A stretch of 64,000 nucleotides of DNA from an uncultured Verrucomicrobiae bacterium (GCA_963815455.1 CAWFGO010000005.1:32001-96000); one strand, 5' to 3'; positions 1 to 9,812 are shown, numbered from the stretch's first letter. The notes: generated by a model not told the origin, from the sequence alone. Translations and numbers: made by a program.

Positions 1-235
1 TATTATAAATACAGCCAAGTCGGCTCGCATTGTACCTGCTAATGTCCCTTCCGACACTGCGAATGAACCATCTACAGACTAACAGCCTAGCAGGAAATCG
101 GAGGCGGCCGCTCCAGTTACAGGCGGCGAGATCACTTTCTCTGCCGAATTCGAGACCATGATTACCGACTGTTACGCCTTGAAAAGTCGCGAAACACCGC
201 TAGCGTCTGCGGGCTTTGGCCTTTCACAGTTCATC

Positions 236-784
236 ATGACGCATTCCCGCGAGGATCTCGCCCGCTCAGACACGCCATATTGGTTTTGCCTGAGGACACA
301 GCCGAAGCATGAGCATGTCGCAGCCACCGGGCTGCGCCGCCAGTTGGAGGTGCCCTGCTTTTCGCCCCGGTTGCGTTACAAGAAAGCGACCCGGCGCGGG
401 GCCGTCTGGTTTGTCGAAGCAATGTTTCCTGGATATTTGTTCGCTCAGTTTGTTTATCCCGCGCTGCATCGGCGGGTCGAGCACGCATCCGGAATCCAAG
501 GCATCGTTCACTTCGGTGATTACTTGGCGACGGTTGATCACGACACCATCATGGCGCTGCGAGAAAAAGCCGGGGAAGAAGAAGTCGTTACGATTGATCC
601 CGAAATAAAAGTCGGTCAATCGGTCAAGATTGCCGAAGGCGCATTCCAGGGAATCGAAGCGCTCGTTACCTGTCTGCTTCCGGCCAAGGAACGGGTGAGA
701 GTGCTTCTCGAATTTCTCGGTCGCTCGGTCGAAACCGAGATTTCGATTCCGAAGGTGCTGCCGGTATCGTCGATTCGATCGTAG
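236..784 (+). CDS. NusG/RfaH-family (UpxY-like) transcription antitermination factor
   Basis: NGN domain (WFCLRTQPKHE...EAMFPGYLF) plus KOW domain (GQSVKIAEGAFQGIE...RVRVLLEFLGR). ATG 236 preferred over 158. Confidence 0.85.
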   Translation: MTHSREDLARSDTPYWFCLRTQPKHEHVAATGLRRQLEVPCFSPRLRYKKATRRGAVWFVEAMFPGYLFAQFVYPALHRRVEHASGIQGIVHFGDYLATVDHDTIMALREKAGEEEVVTIDPEIKVGQSVKIAEGAFQGIEALVTCLLPAKERVRVLLEFLGRSVETEISIPKVLPVSSIRS

Positions 785-827
785 CGGATCGGATATTGGA
801 ACCCGGACGCTCCCTGGCGGGGTGACA

Positions 828-1052
828 TCAACGGTGCACAGCGGCTGATTCCAGTTTTGTGCTCTTTAGGGAGGGAGTCGCTTCCTGTTGTTTCAAATGT
901 CTTTTAGAAAGGACCCGAGCGCCTGGTGCGCGTTTTCGGAAGAGATGGAAACCCTGTTCATCCTCGTACGCTTCCGGAGCCTTTCGTAAAGACACATAGA
1001 TCACCGATAACGCCATGGAGGCTCCCCCTAGCAGTCCCAGCAATAGGCTCAT
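828..1052 (-). CDS. small single-pass membrane protein (APEAYEDEQGFH motif)
   Basis: ATG at 1052 with GGAGG immediately upstream; N-terminal hydrophobic helix followed by RKAPEAYEDEQGFH. Confidence 0.6.
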   Translation of the reverse strand: MSLLLGLLGGASMALSVIYVSLRKAPEAYEDEQGFHLFRKRAPGARVLSKRHLKQQEATPSLKSTKLESAAVHR

Positions 1053-1350
1053 ACCTCCAAGTCGAGCACACTGTGTGCCCGGGCGCAAATGATGGCAGTC
1101 GATCTCAAGATATAGTGCAAGGGCTCCTGAAAACGCTGAATTGTTCCGACGAAGCTGTTGTTTTTTTATACAAAGGTGTCAACTATTCGAGGTTGCAGCC
1201 GAGCGAAACCAATCGTGTTGCAACATCATGCGGCGCAATCGGCTGGCGATTTTTGCCTATGGCCGTCAACGCTTGGAAGACGGCTTTCCCGAATCGGCGC
1301 TTCTCGATGCGCATAAAATTCGGCACCCATCTTCGCTTCTTGACTCACGC

Positions 1351-1432
1351 GTCACTTGCTTGCCAGGCCGGAGCCTTGGCGTAGGCTGGTCACTTACTTG
1401 TCACGCCGGAGCCTTGGCGAAGGCGGATCACT
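1351..1432. repeat. tandem pair of 38-bp GCCGGAGCCTTGGCG(T/A)AGGC palindromic elements
   Basis: Units 1351-1388 and 1389-1426, each starting GTCACT and followed by (G/A)TCACT. Related sequences at 2698-2727 and 43608-43641. Confidence 0.8.
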
Positions 1433-1441
1433 CAGCTTTGC

Positions 1442-1513
1442 GGGCGGTTAGCTCAGTGGTAGAGCGTCTCGTTTACACCGAGAGGGTCGGGGGTTCGAAA
1501 CCCTCACCGCCCA
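1442..1513 (+). tRNA. tRNA-Val(TAC)
   Basis: Acceptor stem GGGCGGT/ACCGCCC, D-arm TAGCTCAGTGGTAGAGC, anticodon arm TCTCG-TTTACAC-CGAGA, T-loop GTTCGAAA. CCA not encoded. Confidence 0.97.
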
Positions 1514-1608
1514 GTCTTTTGATTTTCGGATTTTGATTTCCGATTGTCGATTGCTGCATAGATAATCATGTAATTTTCTCTGGCGCCGCCTTAAGCTGCC
1601 GCGATCAA

Positions 1609-2025
1609 ATGCTTGAGCTTTCCGTGCAATCAAAGATCCGTGGTCGACAGTCGGCGGCTATAGCGCTGACTGCGCTGGCCGCGGCAATTTTGACGGGTTG
1701 CGCAGGCGGCCGGCATTATCATGCCATTCCGGCGGAGGGGCCGCGGCCGACTCCGCGATACCTTGAGATTCAACGAGAAGTCTCGGTTGCGACACTGCAT
1801 TTTCCGGCAGGCGTGTATTCGCTGAACGCGGAAGACGATGTTGGATATTATTACGCGGCGCCGCGAAAGGTTATGCAGCACACGGCGATCGGGTCGAAAC
1901 CTCGCGACGGGGGAGTTTATGTGAACAAGCGGGACCCGAAGAAGTTGCGCGGTTATGTGTATTGGGCGGGCGCGCGCACGCATGTGGGCAATTTCTCGAG
2001 AGTGAAATACGAATTCCGGGAGTGA
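1609..2025 (+). CDS. putative lipoprotein
   Basis: Hydrophobic signal with lipobox LTGC; exact start uncertain. Confidence 0.65.
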   Translation: MLELSVQSKIRGRQSAAIALTALAAAILTGCAGGRHYHAIPAEGPRPTPRYLEIQREVSVATLHFPAGVYSLNAEDDVGYYYAAPRKVMQHTAIGSKPRDGGVYVNKRDPKKLRGYVYWAGARTHVGNFSRVKYEFRE

Positions 2026-2034
2026 CAATTCCTG

Positions 2035-2101
2035 CCCACGAAATTCACGAAACGTAGGAAAGGTTTTTTAAAAATTGGTGTTTTTCGTGTCCTTTGGTGG
2101 G
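2035..2101. repeat. imperfect inverted-repeat element (CACGAAA-type)
   Basis: CCCACGAAATTCACGAAA ... TTTCGTGTCCTTTGGTGGG around an AT-rich spacer, intergenic. Confidence 0.55.
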
Positions 2102-2118
2102 TCGATTAGACTGATCCG

Positions 2119-2556
2119 ATGAAGATCGACAAGTTTATGGAGGCGGCGATCGCCCAGGCCCGGAAGAGCCGGGCAGAAGGCGGGATTCCCATTGGGTCGG
2201 CCCTGGCGCGGGGTGGGGAATTGATCGCGGTGGGCCACAACAAGCGCGTTCAGGAAAGCGATCCGGTTACGCACGCGGAGATCGATTGTCTGCGCAATGC
2301 CGGACGGCTGGGCAGTTTTCGGGACACAGTGCTCTATTCGACGTTGATGCCGTGTTACCTCTGCGCCGGCGCGGTGGTGCAGTTCGGGGTCAAGAAAGTC
2401 GTTGTCGGCGAAAGCCGAACTTTTTCAGGCGCGCCGGACTTTATGCGCAGCCACGCCGTCGAAGTTGTCGATCTTGATCTGGCGGAATGCGTGCACCTGA
2501 TGCAGCAGTTCATAGCCGAGAATCCGGCGCTTTGGAATGAGGACATTGGCCGATAA
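2119..2556 (+). CDS. zinc-dependent nucleoside/cytosine deaminase
   Basis: HAE and PCYLC zinc motifs; GGIPIGS N-terminus and WNEDIG C-terminus typical of yeast-type cytosine deaminases. Confidence 0.9.
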   Translation: MKIDKFMEAAIAQARKSRAEGGIPIGSALARGGELIAVGHNKRVQESDPVTHAEIDCLRNAGRLGSFRDTVLYSTLMPCYLCAGAVVQFGVKKVVVGESRTFSGAPDFMRSHAVEVVDLDLAECVHLMQQFIAENPALWNEDIGR

Positions 2557-2565
2557 GCTCGGCCA

Positions 2566-3294
2566 TCAGGGTGCAAGCATTTCTGTGACGGCCGCCTGGC
2601 AATGAATGAGCGTCGTGTTGAGGAATGGAATGCCGTTGTGCTCCGGCGCGCGCAGTATTAGAGGGAGCTCGGTTCCAGCGAGGATCACGCCGTCGATGCC
2701 TGCACCGCCGTAGCCGTGCGAAGGCATGTCGATCTTCGTCTTCATGCGATCGACGATTGTCAGCAAGCCGGCTCGCGTCTCATCCCGGAAAATCCCATTC
2801 ACCAATTCGCTCATGTATTTGTCATGGATGTATTCCTGGTCCGCAAGGTCGGGCGCGATCAGTTCGATTCCTTCGCGCGAAAAAACTTTCGGATAAAAAT
2901 TGCCCTGCATGGTGAAACGCGTGCCGAACAGCGCGAGTTTTTTTAAGCCGCGCCTTTTGGCGTCGGCGCAGGTCGCTTCCACGATGCTAAGCAAAGTAAT
3001 CGGCGATTTCTCGAGAACGTCGTCGAAAACGACGTGGGGGGTGTTCGCGGAGATCAAACCGAAATCAGCGCCGGCCTTGGCGAGCTTTTGAATTTCCTCC
3101 AGCAGATATTCTGTCATTCTGCCCAGTTCGTTAGCGCTTATCATCGCAATTCCCTTGCTGAGATCGATGCTATTGATCAGCAACGACGGATAGCTGCCAT
3201 CGCGGTTTTGTTCCCGATAAAGCGCGATGATTTTTCCGTAATAGTCGATTGTCGATTCCGGTCCGAGGCCACCGATGATCCCGAGCGTTTTCAT
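2566..3294 (-). CDS. aspartate/glutamate racemase-family protein (atypical active site)
   Basis: MKTLGIIGGLGPESTIDYY, ANTPH, GTRFTM and GTELP motifs. Start taken at ATG 3294. Confidence 0.85.
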   Translation of the reverse strand: MKTLGIIGGLGPESTIDYYGKIIALYREQNRDGSYPSLLINSIDLSKGIAMISANELGRMTEYLLEEIQKLAKAGADFGLISANTPHVVFDDVLEKSPITLLSIVEATCADAKRRGLKKLALFGTRFTMQGNFYPKVFSREGIELIAPDLADQEYIHDKYMSELVNGIFRDETRAGLLTIVDRMKTKIDMPSHGYGGAGIDGVILAGTELPLILRAPEHNGIPFLNTTLIHCQAAVTEMLAP

Positions 3295-3671
3295 CGTTTT
3301 AGTGGAAGTGACGCCGAAAGATGCCGTGCGGGAGGTGCTGGGCCGAATGGACCTCGGCGCAGTCGGCTGTAAATCAGAACGTGGGTCACGCTGATAAGCG
3401 GCACAAGAAACGTTGGGAGCAAAACTAATGGAAGCTCGCGCAGTGGTGTAAAATGCAGGCCCACAAGCCACCGAAGATCGACAATCGCCGCCCAATTGCG
3501 AATGGTGGGAATGATCCCGCAAAGGAGCAGTGCCATTCCCGTCAGCGTCCAGACAGTAATTGCAATCCTGGGCGCCCTCGCGTTTTGAAACGAACCGCAA
3601 ATGCCCGCGGTTAGAGCCAGACCGAGCCAGGCGGCTAGAATAGCGAGAACTAGTTTCGGCTGGTTTTGCAT
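3291..3671 (-). CDS. membrane protein, possibly internally deleted
   Basis: Several hydrophobic segments (DLRWLVGLHFT / PLRELPLVLLPTFLVPL); stop overlaps the racemase start (ATGA). Confidence 0.5.
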   Translation of the reverse strand: MQNQPKLVLAILAAWLGLALTAGICGSFQNARAPRIAITVWTLTGMALLLCGIIPTIRNWAAIVDLRWLVGLHFTPLRELPLVLLPTFLVPLISVTHVLIYSRLRRGPFGPAPPARHLSASLPLKR

Positions 3672-3740
3672 GTGGCGTTCTGGCTGGATGGCTTTCGATT
3701 GCACTTCCTCATCCAGTGGCGGCCAATTAGAATCCTGAGC

Positions 3741-5549
3741 GTGAAATCGATCAATCATTTCCTCATCGCGTTTGTTTTGTTCGCGGAGACGGTGTTCCAA
3801 GTCGGGGCACAATCCTCGTCGCCGGGCCAGTCGGACGTTTCGAACAAAGCGCTCATTACCAAAGCGACACCAAATTTGAGCTCGGATGCATTGAAGAAAA
3901 GCATGGGAAGTGAAATCGCGGCCTTGCACAAGATGGCGGAGGACTATTATGCGTGGCGCAATGAGGCCTATCCGGTCCAGAGCAGCGATGCCGGGTTACA
4001 CACCTGGGACGATCGATTGACCGACTATGCGCCGGCGAAGATCGACGAGCGGGCGAAGCATGTGCGCGAGCTGCTTGACAAATTGCGGGCCATGGACGGC
4101 ACGAAGTGGCCGAAGAATGATCGGATCGATTGGATTTTGTTTCGGGCGCAGCTCGAAAATGTCGAGTTCGGCGACCGCGTTTTAAAGTTCGAGCGAACGA
4201 ATCCACAGGTTTACGTGGGCGAATGCACCAGCGGGATATTTTCTTTGCTAAAAAAGGAATACGATACGCCAAAGAAACGCGCGGTGGCAGCCACCTCGCG
4301 CCTCAAGCAAATGCCGGCCCTTTTAAAGCAGGGTCTGAGCAATTTGCAGAGCCCGGTGCGACTCTACGCGCAGCTCGCGATTCAATCGGCCCGCGCTATT
4401 GACCCGCTTTTTACCGGCAGTTTGATGGCGTTGGATGTCGATCTTCCGAAGGCGCAACATGATGAATTGATTAAGGCGCGGGATGCTGCGCTGAGGGCGC
4501 TGCACGATTTCGCCGACGCATTGGAGAAGCGTCTGTCTGCGATGGTCGACTTCGCTCCAATGGGCGAGGCGAATTACAATTATTATCTCAAACACGTCTT
4601 GCTTCTTCCGCTCGACGCTGCGGAAGTGGAAATGATCGGGCGCGTTGAGCTGGCCCGTTATCGAGCGCTGGAAGCGCTCCTGCCCGATCCGAAGCTGGCC
4701 GATCCCGACCCCAAACGCAGCGGCAACATTCCGCCGGATCAACAATCGTTTTTGAAAGCCTACCAAGGCCGGGAGCAGGAGATGATCGACTTCCTGAAGC
4801 AACACAAGCTGATCACGATTCCGGATTATCTCGGCCCCTTTGAAATTCGGCAGTTGCCGGAGGCGTTCAAACCGACCAGCCCGGGCGGCTTCATGAATCC
4901 GCCCGGCGTTTACGACAAGGATCCGACCGGGTTCTATTTTATTCCCACTTACAATCCCGATTCGAAGAACTTTTACATTCGCGCCGCGATCGAAGATCCG
5001 CGGCCGATTCTCGGCCACGAAGGAATCCCCGGGCATTTCCTGCAGCTTTCAATCGCCAATCACCTGAGCGATGAAATTCGGCGCCAGCATCAGGACGGCG
5101 TATTTGTGGAGGGCTGGGCACTCTACGGCGAAGAGATGTTAATGCGCACCGGGCTTTATCCGAACAATTCTCCCGCGCAGGGCCAAATCCTGCGATTGTC
5201 CCGGTATCGCGCGGCCCGGATCGGCGTGGACGTGAACCTGCACACCGGCCGATGGAACTTCGAGCAAACGGTGAAATATTTCATGGAAGCCGGCGGACTT
5301 GACCGCGAGGCAGCGGAGGGAGAAGCGGCGGGGGCGGCGTCAAGCCCGCACCAAAAGATCAGTTACATCGTCGGCAAATGGCAGATCATGAATTTGTTGG
5401 GACGTTACAGGGACCAAAAGGGTGAAACTTTCCGGCTCGGCCAGTTCCACGACGACTTGATCAAAAACGGTAGCCTGCCGTTGTCGATCATCGAATGGCT
5501 GTTGCTCGATGACGACACCGCGATTCAAAAAGCTAACGGGAAAAAGTAA
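3741..5549 (+). CDS. DUF885-family secreted protein (metallopeptidase-like)
   Basis: HEGIPGHFLQ, FVEGWALYGE and DVNLHTG motifs; signal peptide from GTG 3741. Confidence 0.88.
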   Translation: MKSINHFLIAFVLFAETVFQVGAQSSSPGQSDVSNKALITKATPNLSSDALKKSMGSEIAALHKMAEDYYAWRNEAYPVQSSDAGLHTWDDRLTDYAPAKIDERAKHVRELLDKLRAMDGTKWPKNDRIDWILFRAQLENVEFGDRVLKFERTNPQVYVGECTSGIFSLLKKEYDTPKKRAVAATSRLKQMPALLKQGLSNLQSPVRLYAQLAIQSARAIDPLFTGSLMALDVDLPKAQHDELIKARDAALRALHDFADALEKRLSAMVDFAPMGEANYNYYLKHVLLLPLDAAEVEMIGRVELARYRALEALLPDPKLADPDPKRSGNIPPDQQSFLKAYQGREQEMIDFLKQHKLITIPDYLGPFEIRQLPEAFKPTSPGGFMNPPGVYDKDPTGFYFIPTYNPDSKNFYIRAAIEDPRPILGHEGIPGHFLQLSIANHLSDEIRRQHQDGVFVEGWALYGEEMLMRTGLYPNNSPAQGQILRLSRYRAARIGVDVNLHTGRWNFEQTVKYFMEAGGLDREAAEGEAAGAASSPHQKISYIVGKWQIMNLLGRYRDQKGETFRLGQFHDDLIKNGSLPLSIIEWLLLDDDTAIQKANGKK

Positions 5550-5611
5550 CCCATAGTTTCTAGATAAACCATAAGTTAGACCGGCCCGGATTGTGCTTTT
5601 TCACGTTTGGG

Positions 5612-5911
5612 ATGAGCGGGGAATCGCAAAAAGACTGCGCCCTTCAGGCCGCGGCTGGGAGGATTGAGTTGATCGAGGGATTGCAGCGCGCCATCGATCG
5701 CAAATATCGGTACCTGCTCGGGGCGGCAAGAGCCGACTGGCAGCGCCTGTTTGCTGAGAAAGATTCGCGTGACGCCTCCGTGAAAGCGCACATCTCTGTA
5801 GCACTTCCAGCCAAGACGCTGGGATCGCCCGGATCCGGTTTCCTCAAACCGCGCAAGCAGCCGCACCCGAAAGACGCAGGAAAAGGCCAGGTCGCGCGTT
5901 TCGCAAACTGA
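5612..5911 (+). CDS. hypothetical protein
   Basis: ORF filling the gap between the DUF885 and bactofilin genes; no recognisable motif. Confidence 0.25.
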   Translation: MSGESQKDCALQAAAGRIELIEGLQRAIDRKYRYLLGAARADWQRLFAEKDSRDASVKAHISVALPAKTLGSPGSGFLKPRKQPHPKDAGKGQVARFAN

Positions 5912-5968
5912 CTCGAAAGTCGGAGGCTGGTAATCCGCCGTTCACTAAGGCGGCGTATGGCGCGCTGC

Positions 5969-6394
5969 CTACTTCGGCATGCCGACCTTGGCACTGCCGA
6001 GAAACGTGGCGTTCTCATCAACCACCAAACGTGGCGCTTCGATATCACCGCGCAGCGTGCAGCCCGCCTGGAGTTCGCAGCGTTCCGTTGCGGAAATATT
6101 GCCCTCGACGGTGCCGCGCACTTTCATTGATCTAGTCCGGATCTCGCCGCGGATGCGCGCGTGTTCGCCGATAGTGAGTGTTCCGGTGGATTGAATTTCG
6201 CCTTCAACCTCGCCGTCGATCAACAGCTCGTTGTGAAACTTGACCGTGCCCTTGATCGATACGCCCCTCGACAAAAGACCACCGGATCGGCTTTGCATCG
6301 GTGCTCGGGACTGATCCGAGGGTGCCGAGGAATTGGTCGGCTCGTACGAAGTCGTCGGGGATGGCTCTTGTTTGCGGCTTGAAAACATCTGCAT
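5969..6394 (-). CDS. bactofilin (polymer-forming cytoskeletal protein)
   Basis: Beta-helix repeats IKGTVKF..LLIDGEVEGEI..LTIGEHARIRGEI..GDIEAPRLVVDENATFLG. Confidence 0.9.
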   Translation of the reverse strand: MQMFSSRKQEPSPTTSYEPTNSSAPSDQSRAPMQSRSGGLLSRGVSIKGTVKFHNELLIDGEVEGEIQSTGTLTIGEHARIRGEIRTRSMKVRGTVEGNISATERCELQAGCTLRGDIEAPRLVVDENATFLGSAKVGMPK

Positions 6395-6471
6395 TCTCTC
6401 AGTTCCTCCAGGTTTGGCTTTCTGTAAAGCTGATCTTATGCCGACCGGTCCGGTTAATGGTTACAGGGCGA

Positions 6472-8955
6472 TCAATCCGGCGACGCCTTCGCTGCGACCT
6501 TTCGCGCGCCAATTTTCTTCGCCCGCGGTGTTTTCGCGGCAAACTCGAATCCGACTTTGCCGTTCTCGAGTTTTAGATGTGCAGAAAATGGGCGGTTTTT
6601 CTTGGAAATGAACTTGGGCAAAAGATCGGTCTTTCCCTCGGTAATGAGCTTCTGCACCTGTTCCTTCGGAATCTCGCGGTGCAGAATCGTTTTGCTCACG
6701 CGGAAACTGCAGGTCTTTGGCGAGGCTACGGCATTTTCGCAGGCGTAAGCCCGGTCGAGGACATAAATCTGGCCTTTGTGGCAAATGGGACATGGCCCGA
6801 GCGCTTCGTGTTTTTCGGCATCGATCTGAACGTGCCCGTCTTGGGAGCCTTCGCCGAAGTCGAATGCCTGCTTGAATTCCTCCCCCAGTTTTACGATCGC
6901 GCTGAAAGGGCGGCCCATTTTGCTGCGAAAGCGCTCCAACGGTCCTACCTTGCCTTCGGTCAGGAGCTTCTCCATCTCCTCGCGTTCGAAGAGCCGGCCC
7001 GCCATCGTCTTCCAAATGATCAAGCCGCAGGATCGACACTTAAACGTGCGATAGTCCTCGTCGAAAGGTCCGCCGCCGCACTTTGGGCACTTCACTTCCA
7101 ACGTCTCGAAATCGCCGCTGATCGTGTCGCCCTCAAAGTTTTTCGCTTTTTCGACAATCTCGCGCGTAAACGCCTTGATCTCGGTCATGAATTCTTTGCG
7201 CTTCAACGCGCCTTGTTCCATGCGTTTGAGCTTGGATTCCCATTCACCGGTCATTTCCGGTGAGCACAGCGCCGAAGCGCCGATCCCGCGCAGAAGTGTG
7301 ATCAACGCCATCCCCTTGGCTGTTGCGATCAGGTCGCGTCCCTGCCGATAAACGTAGCCATCGAGAATCAAGCCCTCGATAATCGCGGCCCGGGTGGCCG
7401 GTGTGCCGAGTCCTTTGGCCCGCATCGCTTCGCGTAGTTCTTCGTCCTCGACCAGTTTGCCCGCGCCTTCCATGGCCGAGAGCAGCGTGGCTTCGTTGAA
7501 ACGCGCCGGCGGTTTCGTTTCGTTTTCCGCGACCTCGATGTCGAGAACCTTTGCCGGCTCGTTTGGCGCAATCGCCACCAAAGTCTCGCCGCTTTCGTCC
7601 TGAACCGCGCTTCCCTTGCCGTAAACGGCCAGCCAGCCGGGATCTTTAATGATTTTGCCTTCGGTCTTGAACGCGTCCTTGTCCACGCGCGTGATCCGGG
7701 TGGTGACCTCGAACTGCGCCGCTGGGAAAAAGACGCTGATAAAACGGCGCACGATCATGTCGTAAATTTTCTGCTGGACCTCGTCCAAGCCGTGCGGCGC
7801 GGTCCCAGTGGGCACGATGGCGAAGTGATCGGAGATCTTCGCGTTATTGAAAATGCGCTTGGAAGGCTTGACCCATTTGTTATCCAGCGCCGTGCGCGCG
7901 TGAGGATTGTCGATCTTGCCCAATGTCGACTTGACGGTCGCGAGATAGTCTTCCGGCAAATAACGCGAATCGGTTCGCGGATAGGTCACAACCTTGAAAC
8001 GCTCGTAAAGTTGCTGCGTGATTTGCAGCGTCCGCTTCGCGCTAAACCCGCGGCCATTGGCATCGCGTTGCAAACTGGTCAGGTCGTAGAGCAACGGCGG
8101 CGCCTGCGTTGTTGGTTTGCGTTCCTCACTCGCGACTCCCGTTTTCCCCAGGCAACGGTTCTTGATCTCTTCGGCGGCGGTCTTATCCCAAATCCGCTCG
8201 GCCCGCGCGTCCTCATCGCCATCCTTGGAAAATTCTTCACGGAACCATCGGCCCCGATATTCACCAGCTGCGACCCCGAAATCGCCAAAAACCTCAAAGT
8301 AAGGGCGGGACCTAAAGTGATGAATCTTGTCCTCGCGCTCGGCCAGAATGGCGAGCGTGGGAGTTTGCACCCGGCCGACTGGGGTGAGTTGGAAACCACC
8401 GGTCTTATTATTAAACGCGGTCATCGCGCGTGTTCCATTGATCCCCACCAGCCAATCGCTTTCGGAGCGGCAAACCGCGGCCTCGGATAGCGGGATCATT
8501 TCCTCATTCGAGCGCAAATGTTCAAACGCCGCCCGGATCGATTCTGCCGTCATTGATTGCAGCCACAAGCGCCGGACCGGTTTGTCGATCCCGCTCAGTT
8601 TCACCAGATACCGGAAGATCAGCTCGCCTTCGCGGCCGGCGTCGCAGGCATTGATCAGAAGATCGACATCTTTCCGCTGCATCAAGCGTTTTAGCAGGTT
8701 GAAACGCGGCTTAGACTTCTCGATTGGCCTGAGATCGAATTCTTCGGGAATAATAGGGAGATTAGCGAAGCTCCATTTGCCCCGTTTCACGTCCATTTCG
8801 CTGGGCAAAGCGAGCTCCACCAGGTGCCCGATCGCCGAAGAAATGACAGATTTATCGCTCTCGTAATAGTCGTCGTGTTTCTTAAAACCGCCGAGGGCGC
8901 GAGCCAGATCGCTGGCTACGCTGGGCTTCTCGGCAATGATGAGTGACTTGGCCAT
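6472..8955 (-). CDS. topB: DNA topoisomerase III (type IA)
   Basis: IAEKPSVA, NACDAGREGELIF, GRVQTPTL, TYPRTDS and GLGTPATRA motifs; C-terminal Toprim-associated repeats. Confidence 0.93.
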   Translation of the reverse strand: MAKSLIIAEKPSVASDLARALGGFKKHDDYYESDKSVISSAIGHLVELALPSEMDVKRGKWSFANLPIIPEEFDLRPIEKSKPRFNLLKRLMQRKDVDLLINACDAGREGELIFRYLVKLSGIDKPVRRLWLQSMTAESIRAAFEHLRSNEEMIPLSEAAVCRSESDWLVGINGTRAMTAFNNKTGGFQLTPVGRVQTPTLAILAEREDKIHHFRSRPYFEVFGDFGVAAGEYRGRWFREEFSKDGDEDARAERIWDKTAAEEIKNRCLGKTGVASEERKPTTQAPPLLYDLTSLQRDANGRGFSAKRTLQITQQLYERFKVVTYPRTDSRYLPEDYLATVKSTLGKIDNPHARTALDNKWVKPSKRIFNNAKISDHFAIVPTGTAPHGLDEVQQKIYDMIVRRFISVFFPAAQFEVTTRITRVDKDAFKTEGKIIKDPGWLAVYGKGSAVQDESGETLVAIAPNEPAKVLDIEVAENETKPPARFNEATLLSAMEGAGKLVEDEELREAMRAKGLGTPATRAAIIEGLILDGYVYRQGRDLIATAKGMALITLLRGIGASALCSPEMTGEWESKLKRMEQGALKRKEFMTEIKAFTREIVEKAKNFEGDTISGDFETLEVKCPKCGGGPFDEDYRTFKCRSCGLIIWKTMAGRLFEREEMEKLLTEGKVGPLERFRSKMGRPFSAIVKLGEEFKQAFDFGEGSQDGHVQIDAEKHEALGPCPICHKGQIYVLDRAYACENAVASPKTCSFRVSKTILHREIPKEQVQKLITEGKTDLLPKFISKKNRPFSAHLKLENGKVGFEFAAKTPRAKKIGARKVAAKASPD

Positions 8956-9152
8956 GGGGGCAGAAATCGAAGCGCAGTTTTAGGGTAATTGCAAATCGGG
9001 TAGAGCAAGTCGCGGGCGAGGAAGTCGTTAGGAGCTATAAAATTCCAATCCCTATCGGCCAAGATTCAGTTTGTCGATCCTCGATTCGTGATCCAAAAGA
9101 AGGCATCAACCAGAGCACCACCTCATATCAACAGCCGGAGCGGGTCCGGCAA

Positions 9153-9806
9153 ATGTTCGGATCGATCGCCGCCCGCTACGATTTGGCCAATCATCTCCTG
9201 AGCTGCGGGATCGATTTCTACTGGCGCAAACGGGTCGCTGACATCGTGGCGAGCTGGCAGCCGAAGACGATTGTCGATCTTGCCACCGGCACGGGCGATT
9301 TGGCGCTGGCGTTACAAAAGAAACTGCCCGAGGCCGAAATCACCGGCGCCGATTTTCTGCCGGAAATGCTGGAACTCGCGAAGCGCAAAGGTGTGCGCCA
9401 GACCATTGTGGCCGATGCAATGAACCTGCCTTTTCCCGATTCCTTGTGCGATTGCGTCACCGTCGCCTTTGGCTTGCGCAACATGGAGAATTGGAGCGGC
9501 GCACTGCGCGAAATGTCGCGAGTGTTACACGCGGGCGGGCATCTGGCTGTGCTTGAATTCTCGCTACCGACGATGTCGATCTTGCGCGGCATTTATCGCT
9601 TTTATTTGCATCGCGGCCTCCCGTTGCTCGGGTCGATGCTGACCAAACAAAAGCGCGCCTATGATTATCTGGGCGACTCGATTGAAGAATTCCCCAGCGG
9701 CGACGTGATGCTGGCCTTGATTGAAGGGAGCGGATTTAACGACGCGCGCGCCGAAGCGCTCACCGGCGGGATCGTGACGATTTACACCGCGGCGAAATTG
9801 GAATGA
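9153..9806 (+). CDS. ubiE: ubiquinone/menaquinone biosynthesis C-methyltransferase
   Basis: MFGSIAARYDLANH, DLATGTGD, VAFGLRN and AYDYLGDSI motifs; the true start may lie slightly upstream. Confidence 0.9.
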   Translation: MFGSIAARYDLANHLLSCGIDFYWRKRVADIVASWQPKTIVDLATGTGDLALALQKKLPEAEITGADFLPEMLELAKRKGVRQTIVADAMNLPFPDSLCDCVTVAFGLRNMENWSGALREMSRVLHAGGHLAVLEFSLPTMSILRGIYRFYLHRGLPLLGSMLTKQKRAYDYLGDSIEEFPSGDVMLALIEGSGFNDARAEALTGGIVTIYTAAKLE

Positions 9807-9812
9807 CGGAGC

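Noticed and set aside
1..235. ops element for the RfaH-like gene
   Set aside because: No GGCGGTAG consensus; AGGCGGCGAG at 121 is too weak in GC-rich DNA.
1351..1432. CRISPR array
   Set aside because: Only two adjacent units, no unique spacers and no cas genes.
926..1536. ORFs 926-1384 and 1141-1536
   Set aside because: They run through repeats, the tRNA or an opposite-strand gene, with no recognisable motifs.
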